A stretch of DNA of 63,377 nt, counting the filler. It is 12 parts of 12 records of this genome, joined end to end, with 100 filler letters (N's around TTAATTAATTAA, not from the genome) between each part and the next. Parts side by side here need not be neighbours in the genome. Positions count along the whole stretch, not along the records: positions 1 to 4,600 come from SRR7504441_21421; positions 4,701 to 8,477 come from SRR7504441_21429; positions 8,578 to 13,675 come from SRR7504441_21436; 9 more parts are not named here. The stretch is one strand, 5' to 3'. The position numbers and the translations under genes were made by a program. Below the pieces are notes generated by a model. It saw nothing but the letters and a program-made list of their open reading frames with translations. It made no database searches and was not told where the DNA came from. Of the stretch, positions 1 to 11,802 are shown piece by piece (positions within the stretch are counted from its first letter, which is position 1; each line of letters starts with the position of its first letter).

Positions 1-162
1 AAGCTATAGCTCTAGTTGAACCTAGGAAGAATAGGTTTAGATATCAATAAACGATTTACTAAGTGATTTCAACTCTCTCAAGATCACCAGACAGAACTAA
101 CGACGATCCAGCTCTGTTGATGACGTGCCCGACTTGCCATCGGGGCACAGGATCAGTGAAGC

Positions 163-1328
163 ATGGATCCGAACGAGGCAGTACAGACGTTCTGCGCCAT
201 CACCGGTGCCCCCACTGGCCACTTGGCTCACCCCGCGCCTCAGGAGTCGAAGATGTCGGGGTGGCCCTCTCGATGCTCGAGACAAACCAGTGGAACCTCG
301 GTGCCGACCGGCGCGCCCCAGCGGCCAGCCCGCCCGGCAGAGCACGCGGTCAACATGTTCCTCATCTCCAACGAGGGCGGGCCGTCCAGCGGGGGCGGGG
401 GTGGGCCCGGTGCTGGAGCCGCCTCCTCCGATGGCCGTTTCAATTCAGAGCAGCTGGACGAGAACGTGTGGAAAATCGTGGAGGACGACAAGCCGTACGG
501 CCAGTATCCGTTCATCTACGTGATCCTCGGGGTAGACAAGTGCATCATGGTCGATACAGGTACCCAGGTCCGGGGTTGGTGGCGGAGCGCGGGCAGGTGG
601 GCCCGGCCAGCCTGTGAGCAACGCTGCGAGCCTGTGCGAGTTCGTGTCCGGGAGCATCAACTCGGCCGGCCTGCCGTACTATATAGTCAACACGCACGTG
701 CATTTCGACCATGTGGGAGGGAACCACGCCTTCGAGAACAGCGGCAAATGCATCGGGCTAGCTATGGGCGGCGCCTCGCAGGCAGCCGTCTCAAGCGCGC
801 TCTGCCTGACCACTGCCGCAGGCGTTTTCGAACAACGTAGAGATAAATTCGCTATGCATGGCACACAACTGCGCGCTCAAGCCGTATACAGTCACTCGCT
901 GGCTGAATGACGGCGACGCGGTCTATCTGGATGATGCAAGCCCGCAGGCAGAGCACGCACTCACAGTAGTGAATACGCCAGGCCACACTCCAGACTCCAT
1001 TGCCTTGCACTACCCGCACCGAAACCGGCTGTTTGTAGGGGACACAGTGTATCCGTTCACAGCAATGCATCTGGACTGTCTCGGGAGTGACGTGGATGCC
1101 TACAGCAACACGCTCACGAAGCTGCAGCAGTTTACGGCAGACAAGCCTGGGATTAGATTGTCGGCGGGGCACGTAGAGGCAAACCTTGGGCCGGAAGCTC
1201 TGGTACAGGTAGCTGAGCTGATCAGGAGCGTGCTCGCTGGCCAGTCGCACCCGGTGAGGGTGGACGATGGGTATGGTGAATACACCGATGGTATGTATTC
1301 CATGATGATGAAAATCCCAAAGTCTTAG
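163..1328 (+). CDS. UBA-like domain fused to a metallo-beta-lactamase-fold hydrolase (4 introns)
   Basis: Removing introns 206-243, 301-340, 560-596 (GT-AG) and 782-821 (GC-AG) gives one frame. The N-terminus VQTFCAITGVEDVGVALSMLETNQWNLEHAVNMFL is UBA-like. MBL motifs VDTG, THVHFDHVGG, PGHTPDS, FVGD and AGH follow. Confidence 0.88.
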
Positions 1329-1728
1329 TGATTACTGTAGTGATTATCAACGATCTACGACTATATGAATTCACGAATAGATGAATAGACCAGTAGCTTC
1401 ATTGAAAAATGCCTATTTTGAGTGCCCATTTAGAATGCCTAGGGATGACGAGCCATCAAACGTCATAAATCCCCGGTCATATTAATTTTACATGCACAAT
1501 TGTACTCGTAGTCTCGTGCATGACTGCAACATGACTGTACATGTACGTAAATTGCATTGCTCGCAATTGCATAGTGCTGGCACAACATTGCTCAAGCATA
1601 CAACGCTGATAAACGGAGCAGCGTGCGCCGGCTGATAATAGCGGCAGATAAGCATAGCAATGACAAGACACAACTTAGTTCCAGCTGTAGAAACGCCATC
1701 AATCTTGATCAGATAGGCCCAAACCCAA

Positions 1729-2817
1729 TCAGACAGCTCCGTAGTTCCACGGCAAGCTTGACAGCACCCGCCGGGCTGATTTGCAGCTCGATCCGAACAC
1801 GAACTCTCGGTGGCTCCGCTTGGCCTGCCCGCCCTGCTCAGCTGCCCTCTCACAGCGGAGCACGTTACCCGCTCCATCCCGGGGCTTGGGTGCTGGTGCA
1901 GCCGAGCAAGCACCTTGCGTGCAGCGGCGCACCGGCCGTTAAAGACTGGCTCCAGCTCCTCTGGCTGTGGCTCGGCCGGCTGGGGCGAGGAGCTGGGTGT
2001 CTGGTCAGCTAGCATCTGACTGCGAAGCGCCGCCCGTTGGAGCAGCGAATCTGCCTCACGCCGCTCGTCGCTGCCGGCGAGAGCCAGGGTTCGCCGGGCC
2101 AGCTGGAGCTGACTCTCGGCTGATATGGCCATTCGCCGCACTGTCGGCGGTCAGGCCGTGAGGGTCAGGCAGGACACCTCGAGCCTGCTCCTGATAGTAC
2201 ATCTCTGAGCGCGTTTCAGTCACAGCCGCCATGATGGTCTCCAGGCGCTCAGAGAGCAACGGGGTGCAGTCATTCGTCTGGAGCAAGTCCTCCACTCGCT
2301 CACCTGCGGCCGGTAACCCCACTTCCGCGATGTGGACCGCTCACCCACAGCTGCCACCGCCTCCGCCACCGCCTCCGCCGGACCAGCAGGTGTTAAGGCT
2401 GCGCATTCGAGCAACTGGCGGCGGGCACGGGCGGCATTCTCCTCCATCTGGTCGGCCCGCTCGGCCAGCTGGCTCAGACCACCCGAGGATCGTCCCCGGA
2501 ACACCTGCGAACCATCTCGGCCGATGAGGCCCGCAGCCGGGCCGCCTGGCCTAGTGTGGAAACGATCTCGTCGATCTGGGACGTGACGCCGTTCGCGCCA
2601 CCTGCGCGCCCAGTCGGCCGGCCTGGGTTTGAAGGTTGCCGCTGCTCTGAGTGCTTCGGCTGGCTCGGCTGCTCGAGACCTCGGCGGTGGCCGACTCCGC
2701 TGCCGCTGCCCTCGTACGGCGGCCCTTGGGGATCAGCGGCGAGGCTTTCTGCTTACACAAGGGGTTGGCCGAGAACGACTCCTTGCCGCCCCGCCGGGCT
2801 CTCTTCTTGGGCCGCAT
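1729..2817 (-). CDS. hypothetical multi-exon coiled-coil protein with basic N-terminus
   Basis: Chain of overlapping minus-strand ORF pieces linked by short introns. Probable start MRPKKRARRGG at 2817 (an in-frame ATG also lies at 2964); stop TGA at 1729. No family recognised. Confidence 0.5.
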
Positions 2818-3075
2818 CTTCCGGCGAACAAGGCAGTGGCACACGACTGTAGCGCCGAGGTTCCGTTTGACCGAAGGAGGCCGGAACTTGCCGGTCTCCG
2901 AAGCCCCCAGCTGAGGTGTTCTCTCGGGGTGAGTGTGTAATCTCGCGGCTCGAGCCTTGTACATAATTGGGCGAGAGCGAGTACGGGATTAAACAGTTTA
3001 GGAATTGATCGTGTTTGACTCTACTCGTACGTACCGGCAATAATTTGGGCATTGGTAGCATCTTAGTTGGCATAC

Positions 3076-4498
3076 TCATCGCACGTATGGTTTGAGCCTA
3101 GTAGCATTCGCCTTAGTCGGGGTTATCACCGCCTTGAACGAGTCGTGGCTTGCGCCGGCCGGGAGCCTGTGGACCTCCGTCCCGCCTGCAGCCCATTAAT
3201 CAGCCTCCAAGCACTGCAGCGCTTGCCTTCAGCCTCCGAGTTCATCATCAGCGAGGCGAAGAAATCGTCCAGTCCCGCTGGGGCCTCCACCTCTGGCTCG
3301 ACCTGGGCAGGCAAGACCGGTGCTGGGCTGCAGTCTAGTACACGCCGCTCTCCGCTCTGCCGTGTCGCTGGCCTGCTCGGCTGCCGCTTGGCTGCTGGCT
3401 GCTCAGCTGGAGCCGCCGCTGGCTGTGGCGCCGGTCTGGCGAGGCGCTGGCGGTCGCCCGAAAGGATCAGCTGCTTGGTGGACTCCTTAAGAGCGCAGTC
3501 CGATGCGGTTTTACCCTTGAAGTCCAGCAGGCTTGGCGAGGCCCCTGCGTTGAGCAGCGCCCTGCAGCAGTCATCGTGCCCCTCCGTCGACGCCGCATGC
3601 AGCGCCGTCAGCCCGTACCTGGCCGCATCTCCGGCCAGGCCGATTCGGCCCGCACCACTTATCCTGCAGGTCCAGCTCAGCGTTTGCCTGGATTAAGAGC
3701 TCAAGAGCATCCCTGTGACCGGCCTGGGCAGCGTAGAACATCGCCCCTGCCCCGCAGCTGGTTTGACGCCCCCACCGAGGCACACCGCGGCCACCGAGCC
3801 CATCTGTGGCGTTGCAGGCGGCGCCGCGGTCGATTAGCAACGAGACAACCATTCTGTTCCCCTCTCTCGCGGCGTAATGCAGCGGACTCAGCCCATTGAG
3901 CGTGCTCGCGTCCAGCCGGCAGCCGCATTCGAGCAACACTAGCACCGCCGCCGGGTACCTGCCCCCTGTTCGCCCCCCGCTCCGCCGCTTGGCCACACCC
4001 GTGCATGGCAGCACTGTGCAGCGGCGTGAGCCCGTTTCGCGTGGCCGCGGTTAAATCTGCCGCGTGTTTGACCAGCAGCTTGACTACCGCCGCGCTGTTG
4101 TGCCGCCACCGCTCGCCGCTCACCGCGTGGTGCACCGCCCCCTGGTCCCAGTGCGGGTGGCTAGGTTGGTTGGGCCCCGCCTTGGCCGCCAGCAGCCCGG
4201 CCACAATCTCCAGATGCCCCGCCCGCGCCGCCGCGAACAGCGGCGTGAGCCCATCCCGGGCGCGCGCCCCGACGTCGGCCCGTCGTTCGATCAGGGCCTG
4301 GGCCGCCTCGCGGTGCCCTCCGGCCGCCGCTATCAGCAACGGGGTGGCGTCCAGCCTGTCCGGACGGGGCTCGTCAAGAAGCTCCGGGTCCGCATCCAGC
4401 GCCACGGCCAGCCCAGCCGCGTCGCCGGACTCCGCAGCCGCCCAGACCGCCGTGCCCGCCTCCGGACTCGCCTCACCCGAGGCGCCGCGCTCTGGCAT
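3076..4498 (-). CDS. ankyrin repeat protein
   Basis: Multiple ankyrin motifs (ATPLLIAAAGGH, GLTPLFAAARAGH, GLTPLHSAAMHG, GLSPLHYAAREGN, GLTALHAASTEGH) joined across ~39-nt introns. The 3' end (3076 or 3126) depends on a final GC-AG intron. Confidence 0.88.
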
Positions 4499-4587
4499 CT
4501 CTGACGGGTTTTCCGATTTCTCACACGATTCGCCGTTATCTTCATCAGGAACCAACAATGCCCGAGTCCCACCTCTTCCATCCGAGC

Positions 4588-4600
4588 AGATCGGAAGAGC
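4588..4600 (+). other. Illumina adapter remnant at contig end
   Basis: Exact AGATCGGAAGAGC immediately before the N spacer. Confidence 0.9.
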
Positions 4601-4700
4601 NNNNNNNNNNNNNNNNNNNNNNNNNNNNNNNNNNNNNNNNNNNNTTAATTAATTAANNNNNNNNNNNNNNNNNNNNNNNNNNNNNNNNNNNNNNNNNNNN
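4601..4700. other. artificial contig-joining spacer (first of 11)
   Basis: N44-TTAATTAATTAA-N44, which places stops in all six frames. Identical spacers at 8478-8577, 13676-13775, 19703-19802, 25168-25267, 32540-32639, 36617-36716, 45169-45268, 52509-52608, 56014-56113 and 59995-60094. Confidence 0.97.
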
Positions 4701-4927
4701 CTATAGGAAGTAGCCAGCATAAAGGGTTAATAAATTGAACACCATAAGATCTTCCATGCTAGAATGAATACGTACCGCTCATATAAAATGCAAAATGCCA
4801 GTACTTACACGAATGCTGGGCCCTGCTACTAAATATTTGCGCTATTAGTTTTACGTGTGAAGACACCAGTTGACTTATTACGTCTAAATCATTAGTACCA
4901 CAGGTGCCATTCGAATCGAGCGGATAG

Positions 4928-7900
4928 TCACTGCAGAATTCCTAGGCCGGGACGAGCCTGAGCTCCCATCCTCCAACTCAACGTGGCGACCTGTGCCCGC
5001 AAGGAGTCCACTTCATTGTTCAGCGGCTTGAGTCGGGAGTTGACCAGCTGCTCCACTTGCGGCGCCAGCTCGCGCCTCTCGCAGTTCTGGAGCTTTTCCT
5101 GGGCCTCCGACACCTCCAATAGGGTCTGTGAGATGGAGGCCAACTGGGACCGCAGCAACGGTATTTGGTGCTGTGCTCCATTGCTACCAATAGCCTGCAA
5201 CGGCAAGGAGGTATCGTGCTCCCATCGCTTCTCTTGAGTCTCGGAGAGTGTCAGGATAGTCTGAGAGATCGAGTTTAGCTGGTGCCGGAGCAGCGACACT
5301 TGATGGTGCGTCCGGTTGTTGTCAATCCCGTAGAGCAGCGCCACCTCCTCCTGCTGCTCCACGCTCTCCTCCATCTTATCCACCCGCAGCGTGAGCGAGC
5401 TGTCCTGCAGCCCGCTCTGGTACCCAGACTCTAGCCGCTCGTCCACTGACCTAGCTAGCCGGACCAACTCCTGCGAGCTCCGGGCCCGGTGCTCAGCGAG
5501 CGCCTCCGAGCTCGCTAGCACCCGGCTAGAGAGAGAATCCATCTCGGATCTGATCCGCGAGAGTTCGTGGCTTGTCCTCGAGGCGCCCTGGAGGCAGGCA
5601 GACAGGTAGATCCACCGAGACTGCATCAGCACGTCTGGACTCGCAGTCCAACCTGGGCCGTCCGTCGCCTGGGCCACTATGCCCCCAAGAGGACCGGCCT
5701 TCTGGCCAGCCAGTCTGTCGACGTCCTCCTCTAGTTTTTGGAACTTGGCCTCTAGCCCGGCGGCTAGCTGCTCGATTAGCTTGCTGTCGCTCTCGACCCC
5801 TTGCACCCGCTCTGCTATTGCCTCCATCTGCTCCCCAAGCGCATTCACCATCAATCCGCTGTGATCGCCCAGCTCGCTGGCCAGGCTCTGCTCAGCCCGA
5901 GCGATCAGCTCCTCCGAGGCTAGCCGGCTCTCCTCAAGCCCTTCAGCTTGCTCCTCCCTCGCACTCAGAGCTAGCCGCACTCCGGATAGCTCTTCCGCCT
6001 GCGACGCGCAGTCGTGCTCGATCCGGTCAAGCCTGGCCCTGCTCTCGGCCTGGCGCTCCAGCACCCCCGCCAGCTGACTGCCCTCCGCCGCGCCTCTCTC
6101 CGCCTGCAGTTGCAGTACCTCCAGCTGGCTCTGCAATGCAGCCACTGACCCGACTTGACTCTCGACGAGCCCCAGCCTGTCCGACAGCCCAGCCGTCTGT
6201 TCCCCAAGCGCCACTGCCGCGTGGCTCGTCGCGCTCTGCTGCAGCGCCTCCCATCCCCGGACTTGCTCTGCGAGCACACCCACAGCCTCGTGCTGGGCTG
6301 AGCCCTCCTGCTCCGCGCTCTCTACCCGACCATGCAGCGCAGCGAGCCGCTCGCCCAGCGATCGCACGCTCAGCTCCAAATGCACTCCGCCCCCGCTCTG
6401 CAACTTGTCGCCTAGGCCCCTAAGCTGGCAGCTCATCCGGTCCACTGCAGCCCTCAGTTGCTCCCGTTCCCCTTCAGCCAGCTTAACCTGCTCAGCCAGC
6501 CCAGCCACCCTCCGTTCGAGCTCACCGTCGTGCTCGAGCTTGGCCCCCAGCCTGGCCACAACCTGGTCGATCAGCCCGCACTCGCTCTCGAGCCGCTCGA
6601 GCCGCTCTGTCACACCAGGCGAAGCCCGGCTCTCCGTCAGTCGCTTGTCGTCGACATTCAACTGGTCCACCGCCGCCCTTAGTTGATCCCGCTCCCCATC
6701 TGCGAGCCTCAGCCGCTCATCAAGCTCGGCCGCCCGGCTCTCCGCCAGCCGCTGCTCCTCGACCGCACTCCGGGAGAACTTGCTTGCTATTGCAGCCACC
6801 TCGCGCCGGAGTTCCGGTGTGACCGGGCTCCGGCCCAGGCTCGCCTCCTCCTGGGCAAATAGCCGATCAGCCAACGCGACCAAGCCCTCCTGAAGGTCAG
6901 TGACTGCAGCGGCGCGCCCCGTGCTCACTTGTTCCAGCGCCGCCACTCGCCTTGCCAGCTCGCTTTCAGCCAGCCTGCTCCCGGGAGGAGAAGGTATCCG
7001 AGAGGGCGACGATGGCCGCTGGCCAGGGCTAGTTCGCCTGGGTGGGGGGATCAACGAGGGCGATGACTGCCGCCTCAGCTTGGAGGCCCGCCGCTCTCGA
7101 GGCGGGGAGCCAGCGTCGACAGGCTGCGGGTCCAGCTCATCCATCCGGGCAGCGAGCGCATGCAGTTGGCTGAGCAACCCTGTGGTGTCACCAGCCTGTT
7201 CCATCTGAGAAACTTTCCTGTCGAGCCGACTGGCCAACTCCTCCAGCAGCCCGCAGTCCCTCTCGACAGCCACCAACCGGCCCTCAGCCCCGCCGGACAG
7301 CTCGCCAGGCGCCCCGGCCAGCCCTGCGGCCAGTGTCTGCTCGCACCGCCTGCCTCACCGCCGTCACAGCCCGGCCAGCCAGCCAGCCACCTAGCCAGCT
7401 CGTCCTGCTGCCCGCGCATGATCGCCATCCCGAGCCCGATGCTCTCGGACAAGGCCGTCCCCTGCTCGCTCAGCAGCTTCTCGAGTCGAATCACCTGCCT
7501 CGGCTCACGCTGCGCCCCAGACCACCCACCTGGTTCTCAACAAACTCGAACCATCGGACCACCGGCTCGTGCTCCGACTCCCCCACAACCTCCCCCTTCC
7601 GGGCCTGCACCCGGGCTCAGAGCCCGCGCGCCGTGGGCACTCACCGCGTGTCGCGCGAACGCTGCCGAGATCCGTTCAAACGTCAGCGCCTCACGCCCGT
7701 CGACAGCCGGGCTCCTCTCGCCCGGCGCAGCCTGCCCGACACCGCTCGACGGGCCGCCGGGCGGGGCAGACCGTGATGGCAGCGAGTTGGTGCTCGATTC
7801 GGTCCTTCCAGAGCCTGAGCTCGGCCTCCCGCGCATCCTGCTTCCGTTCCAGCTCGCGCTTCCACTCCTGCAGCCGGTCCTCCTGCCGCCAGATCGCCCG

Positions 7901-8477
7901 GCCCCGACCCTACGACCCACCACAGCGGTCGGCCGCTCGCTCAACGGAACCATCTGCCGACCGGCGGCTCAGCCGGGCCAGAGCAGCCGACGGTCACGTT
8001 GCCCGCCGCAAGCCCCTGGCCGCTCACCCAGCGCAGCGCCGTATCCCACACCGCGGGGTCCGGGCACAGCCCTGCCGGCCCAGCGGTCAGCTCCGACCGG
8101 CCCGGCGGGCACCGTCCCCCGGCCTGGGCTCAGCTCGCAGCATCTGCAGTACATCTGCGGCCGGCTGGGCTCCGCAGCCCGGCGGGCGGCACCGGCTGCG
8201 ACTTGCTGGCGGAGCTCGGCGAGCTGGTCGGGGGAGCCCGGCATCCCTGGGGAACCGGCTGTGTCAGCCCGCCGCCGCCCGCAGCCTCGACAGCACTGCA
8301 GCCGGAGCTGCTCTGGAGCCGAGTCAAATCCAAGCAACGTAAATCTTGTGTCTTCTCTCTCTGCACGCCCGGCTGGACTGGCTCGCTGGCTGGAGCGAAC
8401 CCGCCCGCCCGCCAACTGAGTCAGACTGCAGACTCGCTGAGTCAGTTGTTGACAGGTCTCGCCGGGCCGCTGCTGGG
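4928..8477 (-). CDS. large coiled-coil protein, 5'-truncated by contig edge
   Basis: 782-aa E/L/R/A heptad-rich ORF (4928-7276) continued upstream by intron-interrupted coiled-coil exons up to the gap. Confidence 0.75.
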
Positions 8478-8577
8478 NNNNNNNNNNNNNNNNNNNNNNN
8501 NNNNNNNNNNNNNNNNNNNNNTTAATTAATTAANNNNNNNNNNNNNNNNNNNNNNNNNNNNNNNNNNNNNNNNNNNN

Positions 8578-9116
8578 GAGCTTCTCCTGCCCAGCGGTGA
8601 TCGACCCCGCACAGCGCATAAAGCATTCGGGCGCGTCCGGGGCTGTGAACGCCAGGGTGCCCGGGGCCACGCCTTGCACCACCCGGAAGGTGCAGTTCGC
8701 CTCGAAGGCCGCGGTGCCGTCGTGCTCCCTGCCCGCCGATTCAAACCACAGCGGTCGGGCGCAGGACCGGAGCAGGCACTGGGACTCGCAGCGATAGACG
8801 AAGTAGGAGGGGAAGTTGGCGCCTGGGCACAGGCGCGTCAGTGCCTGAGGGCTATAGAACAGGAGGCACTCTGGAGCAGCACCAGCTCCTGGTCCCCGCC
8901 CCGGCATGGCATCCGGAAGGTGGAGTCGGCAACTGCCAGACGATTCAAACCACGGCGCGCCGGGCGCAGGACCGAACAGCTCGTTGTCCAGGTCCGGCCG
9001 GTCGCACCGGAGCTCAAAGCCCCGGTGCCGCAGGAAAGCCCCAGGCGATGCCGCACACTCCAGCCTGCACACAGCCTGCTCAGCGCACATTGATTGGGCT
9101 CGAGAAGCCTCGACAT
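8578..9116 (-). CDS. AbfB/CBM42-like beta-trefoil carbohydrate-binding protein, 3'-truncated
   Basis: LECAASPGAFLRHRGFELRCD, ANFPSYFVY and AFEANCTFRVVQGVAPGTLAF resemble AbfB repeats. Start is 9116 via a 44-nt GC-AG intron, or 9090 without it. Confidence 0.65.
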
Positions 9117-9181
9117 CTTCTCAAAAGTCCGTTGCTCCTGCAGTGATCTGCCGGCTCGAACAGCGCAGCCTTACGCTCGGG

Positions 9182-10438
9182 ATGATGGGAAAGCAAAAGC
9201 TTCCGAGCATGGGCTCGCCATCCGCCCACGCCCCCGTCGGTCGGGGCTCGCTCATGATGGAGAAGCTGGACTCGGAGGAGAGAGAGGCCTGGGACCCGGT
9301 CGAGAACGAGCCGGAGGACAGCACCGCGGGGGAATTCAGCACCGTTTGGATGGCGGCCACCCTGACACAGTTGATCTCGATAGACGAGCCCCGCCAGAGC
9401 TTCGAGGCCACGCTATACATCCAGCTCGAGTGGCTCCATCGGCCCGACTGGATCCCCTGGATGGAATGGCGGAACGGTAGCAACCTGGCCGAGACCAACA
9501 AGCAGCTCAAGTACTGCCCGGGCGGGAGGGACAAGCTCTCGTTCCAGCTCAGCGGCACGTTCGCGGAGGAGCTCGAGATGGATGCGTTCCCGCTCGATTA
9601 CCAGAAGCTGCACATGCTGCTGGTGTCCTCCAGCGAGGTCACGTTCGCGCCGTTGCGAGACCCGCCCGGCAAGTGGATGCTGTCCAACTTCACACTGGTC
9701 CAGTGGGCGCCGGTCCGGCGGGAGGGCAGCATGGACGGGCTGGTCCGGTCTGTGCACGGCAGGACCGACCCAGGGCTCTCCTCGACAGGCCAGTCGTATG
9801 GGCAGGTGGAGCTGACAGCATTTGTGTACCGGCGGAGCGAGGCGTGGCTGTGGAATATTATTATTCCCGCGGGGCTTATTTCGGGTGCCATCCTGTTCCA
9901 CTTTGGTGTGGACCCTCGCGCAGCCGGTTCCAGGCTCAAGACAGATATGGGTGTAATTGTGGCTTTGATTGCCCTCAAATTTACAGTCTCCAGCAGGCTG
10001 CCTCCGATGCCATACCTGACATTCATGGATCATTACATACTGACCTGCATCATTCTGTGCCTGTTTGTGTCGCTTCAGAGCGCGCTAATGCGGCCTGTGC
10101 TGATGTACGGATGTGGGAGCGATGCACTTCTAGTGGGTGGGACAATGGCAGATCAATGCGACATGCTGCTATGGGTGGATGCTGCTTGCTTGTTTTTTGA
10201 TGTGCTGCTGTATGCTGTAGTCAATGGGTATTTTGTTTCCCTGTACAAGCACCGTAAAAGAGTAATACACAACCGTGAGTGGATAGCAAAGGACTGGGGG
10301 CACCAAAATACAAACAGTGCATTCCGGCACAGTAAAAAGGATGAAGGGTTATGCACCACGACCAGCAACGAAATGCAACGAATACAAAGGCTCACTCGCG
10401 CTAATACATGTATGAGCGAGGATGTAGTAGTCATGTGA
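9182..10438 (+). CDS. Cys-less (Pro-loop) pentameric ligand-gated ion channel, intronless
   Basis: Motifs ISIDEPRQSFEATLYIQLEW, WIP, FPLDYQ loop without flanking Cys, pre-M1 RR..WLWNIIIP, M2-M3 loop RLPPMPYLTFMD, and four hydrophobic helices. Confidence 0.88.
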   Translation: MMGKQKLPSMGSPSAHAPVGRGSLMMEKLDSEEREAWDPVENEPEDSTAGEFSTVWMAATLTQLISIDEPRQSFEATLYIQLEWLHRPDWIPWMEWRNGSNLAETNKQLKYCPGGRDKLSFQLSGTFAEELEMDAFPLDYQKLHMLLVSSSEVTFAPLRDPPGKWMLSNFTLVQWAPVRREGSMDGLVRSVHGRTDPGLSSTGQSYGQVELTAFVYRRSEAWLWNIIIPAGLISGAILFHFGVDPRAAGSRLKTDMGVIVALIALKFTVSSRLPPMPYLTFMDHYILTCIILCLFVSLQSALMRPVLMYGCGSDALLVGGTMADQCDMLLWVDAACLFFDVLLYAVVNGYFVSLYKHRKRVIHNREWIAKDWGHQNTNSAFRHSKKDEGLCTTTSNEMQRIQRLTRANTCMSEDVVVM

Positions 10439-10687
10439 CCGGTGATAGCCGACATATATAGTCCTTACTTTGAATTTAGACAGATGTCATACCAGAATTA
10501 AAATAGCCTTGGAATACAACCGGTGGGAGATAACTTCAGGATCATAGGATCATACGCATACGAGTATGCACAAGATGGCTTGCTGAGGTCGAGGGTCCGG
10601 CCCCACCGGCATCGCGCCCGCCGTACAATAAGGCTGTATCATAGCTCTTGAACCATACTCATTCTGAACCAATTAATAACGACATTA

Positions 10688-11733
10688 CTAGCGGAGTGAA
10701 ATGTTTCGATAATGCACCACCGCAGTATCGGCTGGGCAGCTCCCCCAGCAGCCTGTCATGAAATCCAGCCAGGACATTAGCAGCCACGATTTCCCCCACA
10801 GCTGAAACGTGAGTGTCATCCCATTCTGCAACACTGTGCTCATCTTAGCCAGATAGGCTCGATCAGAGGTGCCGAGGAACTCGAATGTGGCCCCGTCTTG
10901 CTCAAAGCTGTTCTCTATCCGTGCCAGCACGCTGCTGTTGCTTGGGTCGACTACAAAGCTGTCCCCACCACTCAGCACAGATAGGCACCGCTGCACCGTT
11001 GCTCGTGATAGAACGGCCGGCGGGTGTCAATCACGCACTGATCGCCCGGGCAGAGCCCCTTGCGGTCTGCCCTGTGCCCGGGTTGGGCCAGGCTCCGGCT
11101 GGCTGCACCAGAAAGTGTTCCTGCCGCTCCCAGCCCTGTCGCACTCCCTGATGTACCCTGCTGCCCCAGGTCGCGCCCCGCCAAGGAGCAGCACTCGCCG
11201 CCAGCCGGGTCGGAGCACGTGTGCGGGGTCACTTGGGCAGTGTGCTGATTTGCTTCGATTGTGTCCATCTCCCAGCAGTAACTCCCCCATACTTTGTTGG
11301 CGTCGCAGTAGTAGTTGCCCTCGGAGGAGGCCGCCGGCAGCCCGTCCGGTCCGTAGCCCGGCATGGACACCCAATACAGCGCCGCGTTGCACGAGCAGCC
11401 CTGCCCTCGCCCTCACCCCCTGCCTCGGGCCCTAATCACCACAGCCCCCAGATCGATTTCGTATCGGAGCCGGCGTCCGAGCAGCGCCAGCCGAGCGTAG
11501 CTCCCCGGCCCGAGCCCCGGCTGGGTGGCCAGCCATGCCCGGGTGCCCTCCGAGTCGGGGCCGTGCCGCAGCGACAGCCGGTCCCCGCTGGCGTTGACCA
11601 ACCCGGCCGACTTGTTCAGCGCGACCACCAGGTAACTTCGGGTCGAACCGTCCACGGAGAGCCGCAGCCGGCCCATCTGCGCGCCCGCGGCCAGGTCCAG
11701 CAGCAGCCCGCACAGCAGCGCCGCAGTGGGCAT
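10688..11733 (-). CDS. glycoside hydrolase family 7-like endoglucanase, secreted (4 introns)
   Basis: Signal peptide, then GCSCNAALYWVSMP, YYCDAN, catalytic EMDTIEAN (ExDxxE), TPHTC, CDRAG, IDTRRPF and GMTLTFQLWG..MSWLD. Confidence 0.85.
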
Positions 11734-11802
11734 TGCAGGGGCGGCGACCGTTCAGATGTCGTTTCAGTTACAGCTGTAGTTTGTGTAGATCTAACTGACA
11801 CG

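Noticed and set aside
7160..8419. 419-aa plus-strand Pro/Arg-rich ORF
   Set aside because: Antisense shadow of the GC-rich coiled-coil gene.
8906..9181. N-terminal extension of the pLGIC ORF (likewise 11221-11802 for the coiled-coil ORF)
   Set aside because: Overlaps the divergent neighbour in antisense; GC-rich open frame without domain features.
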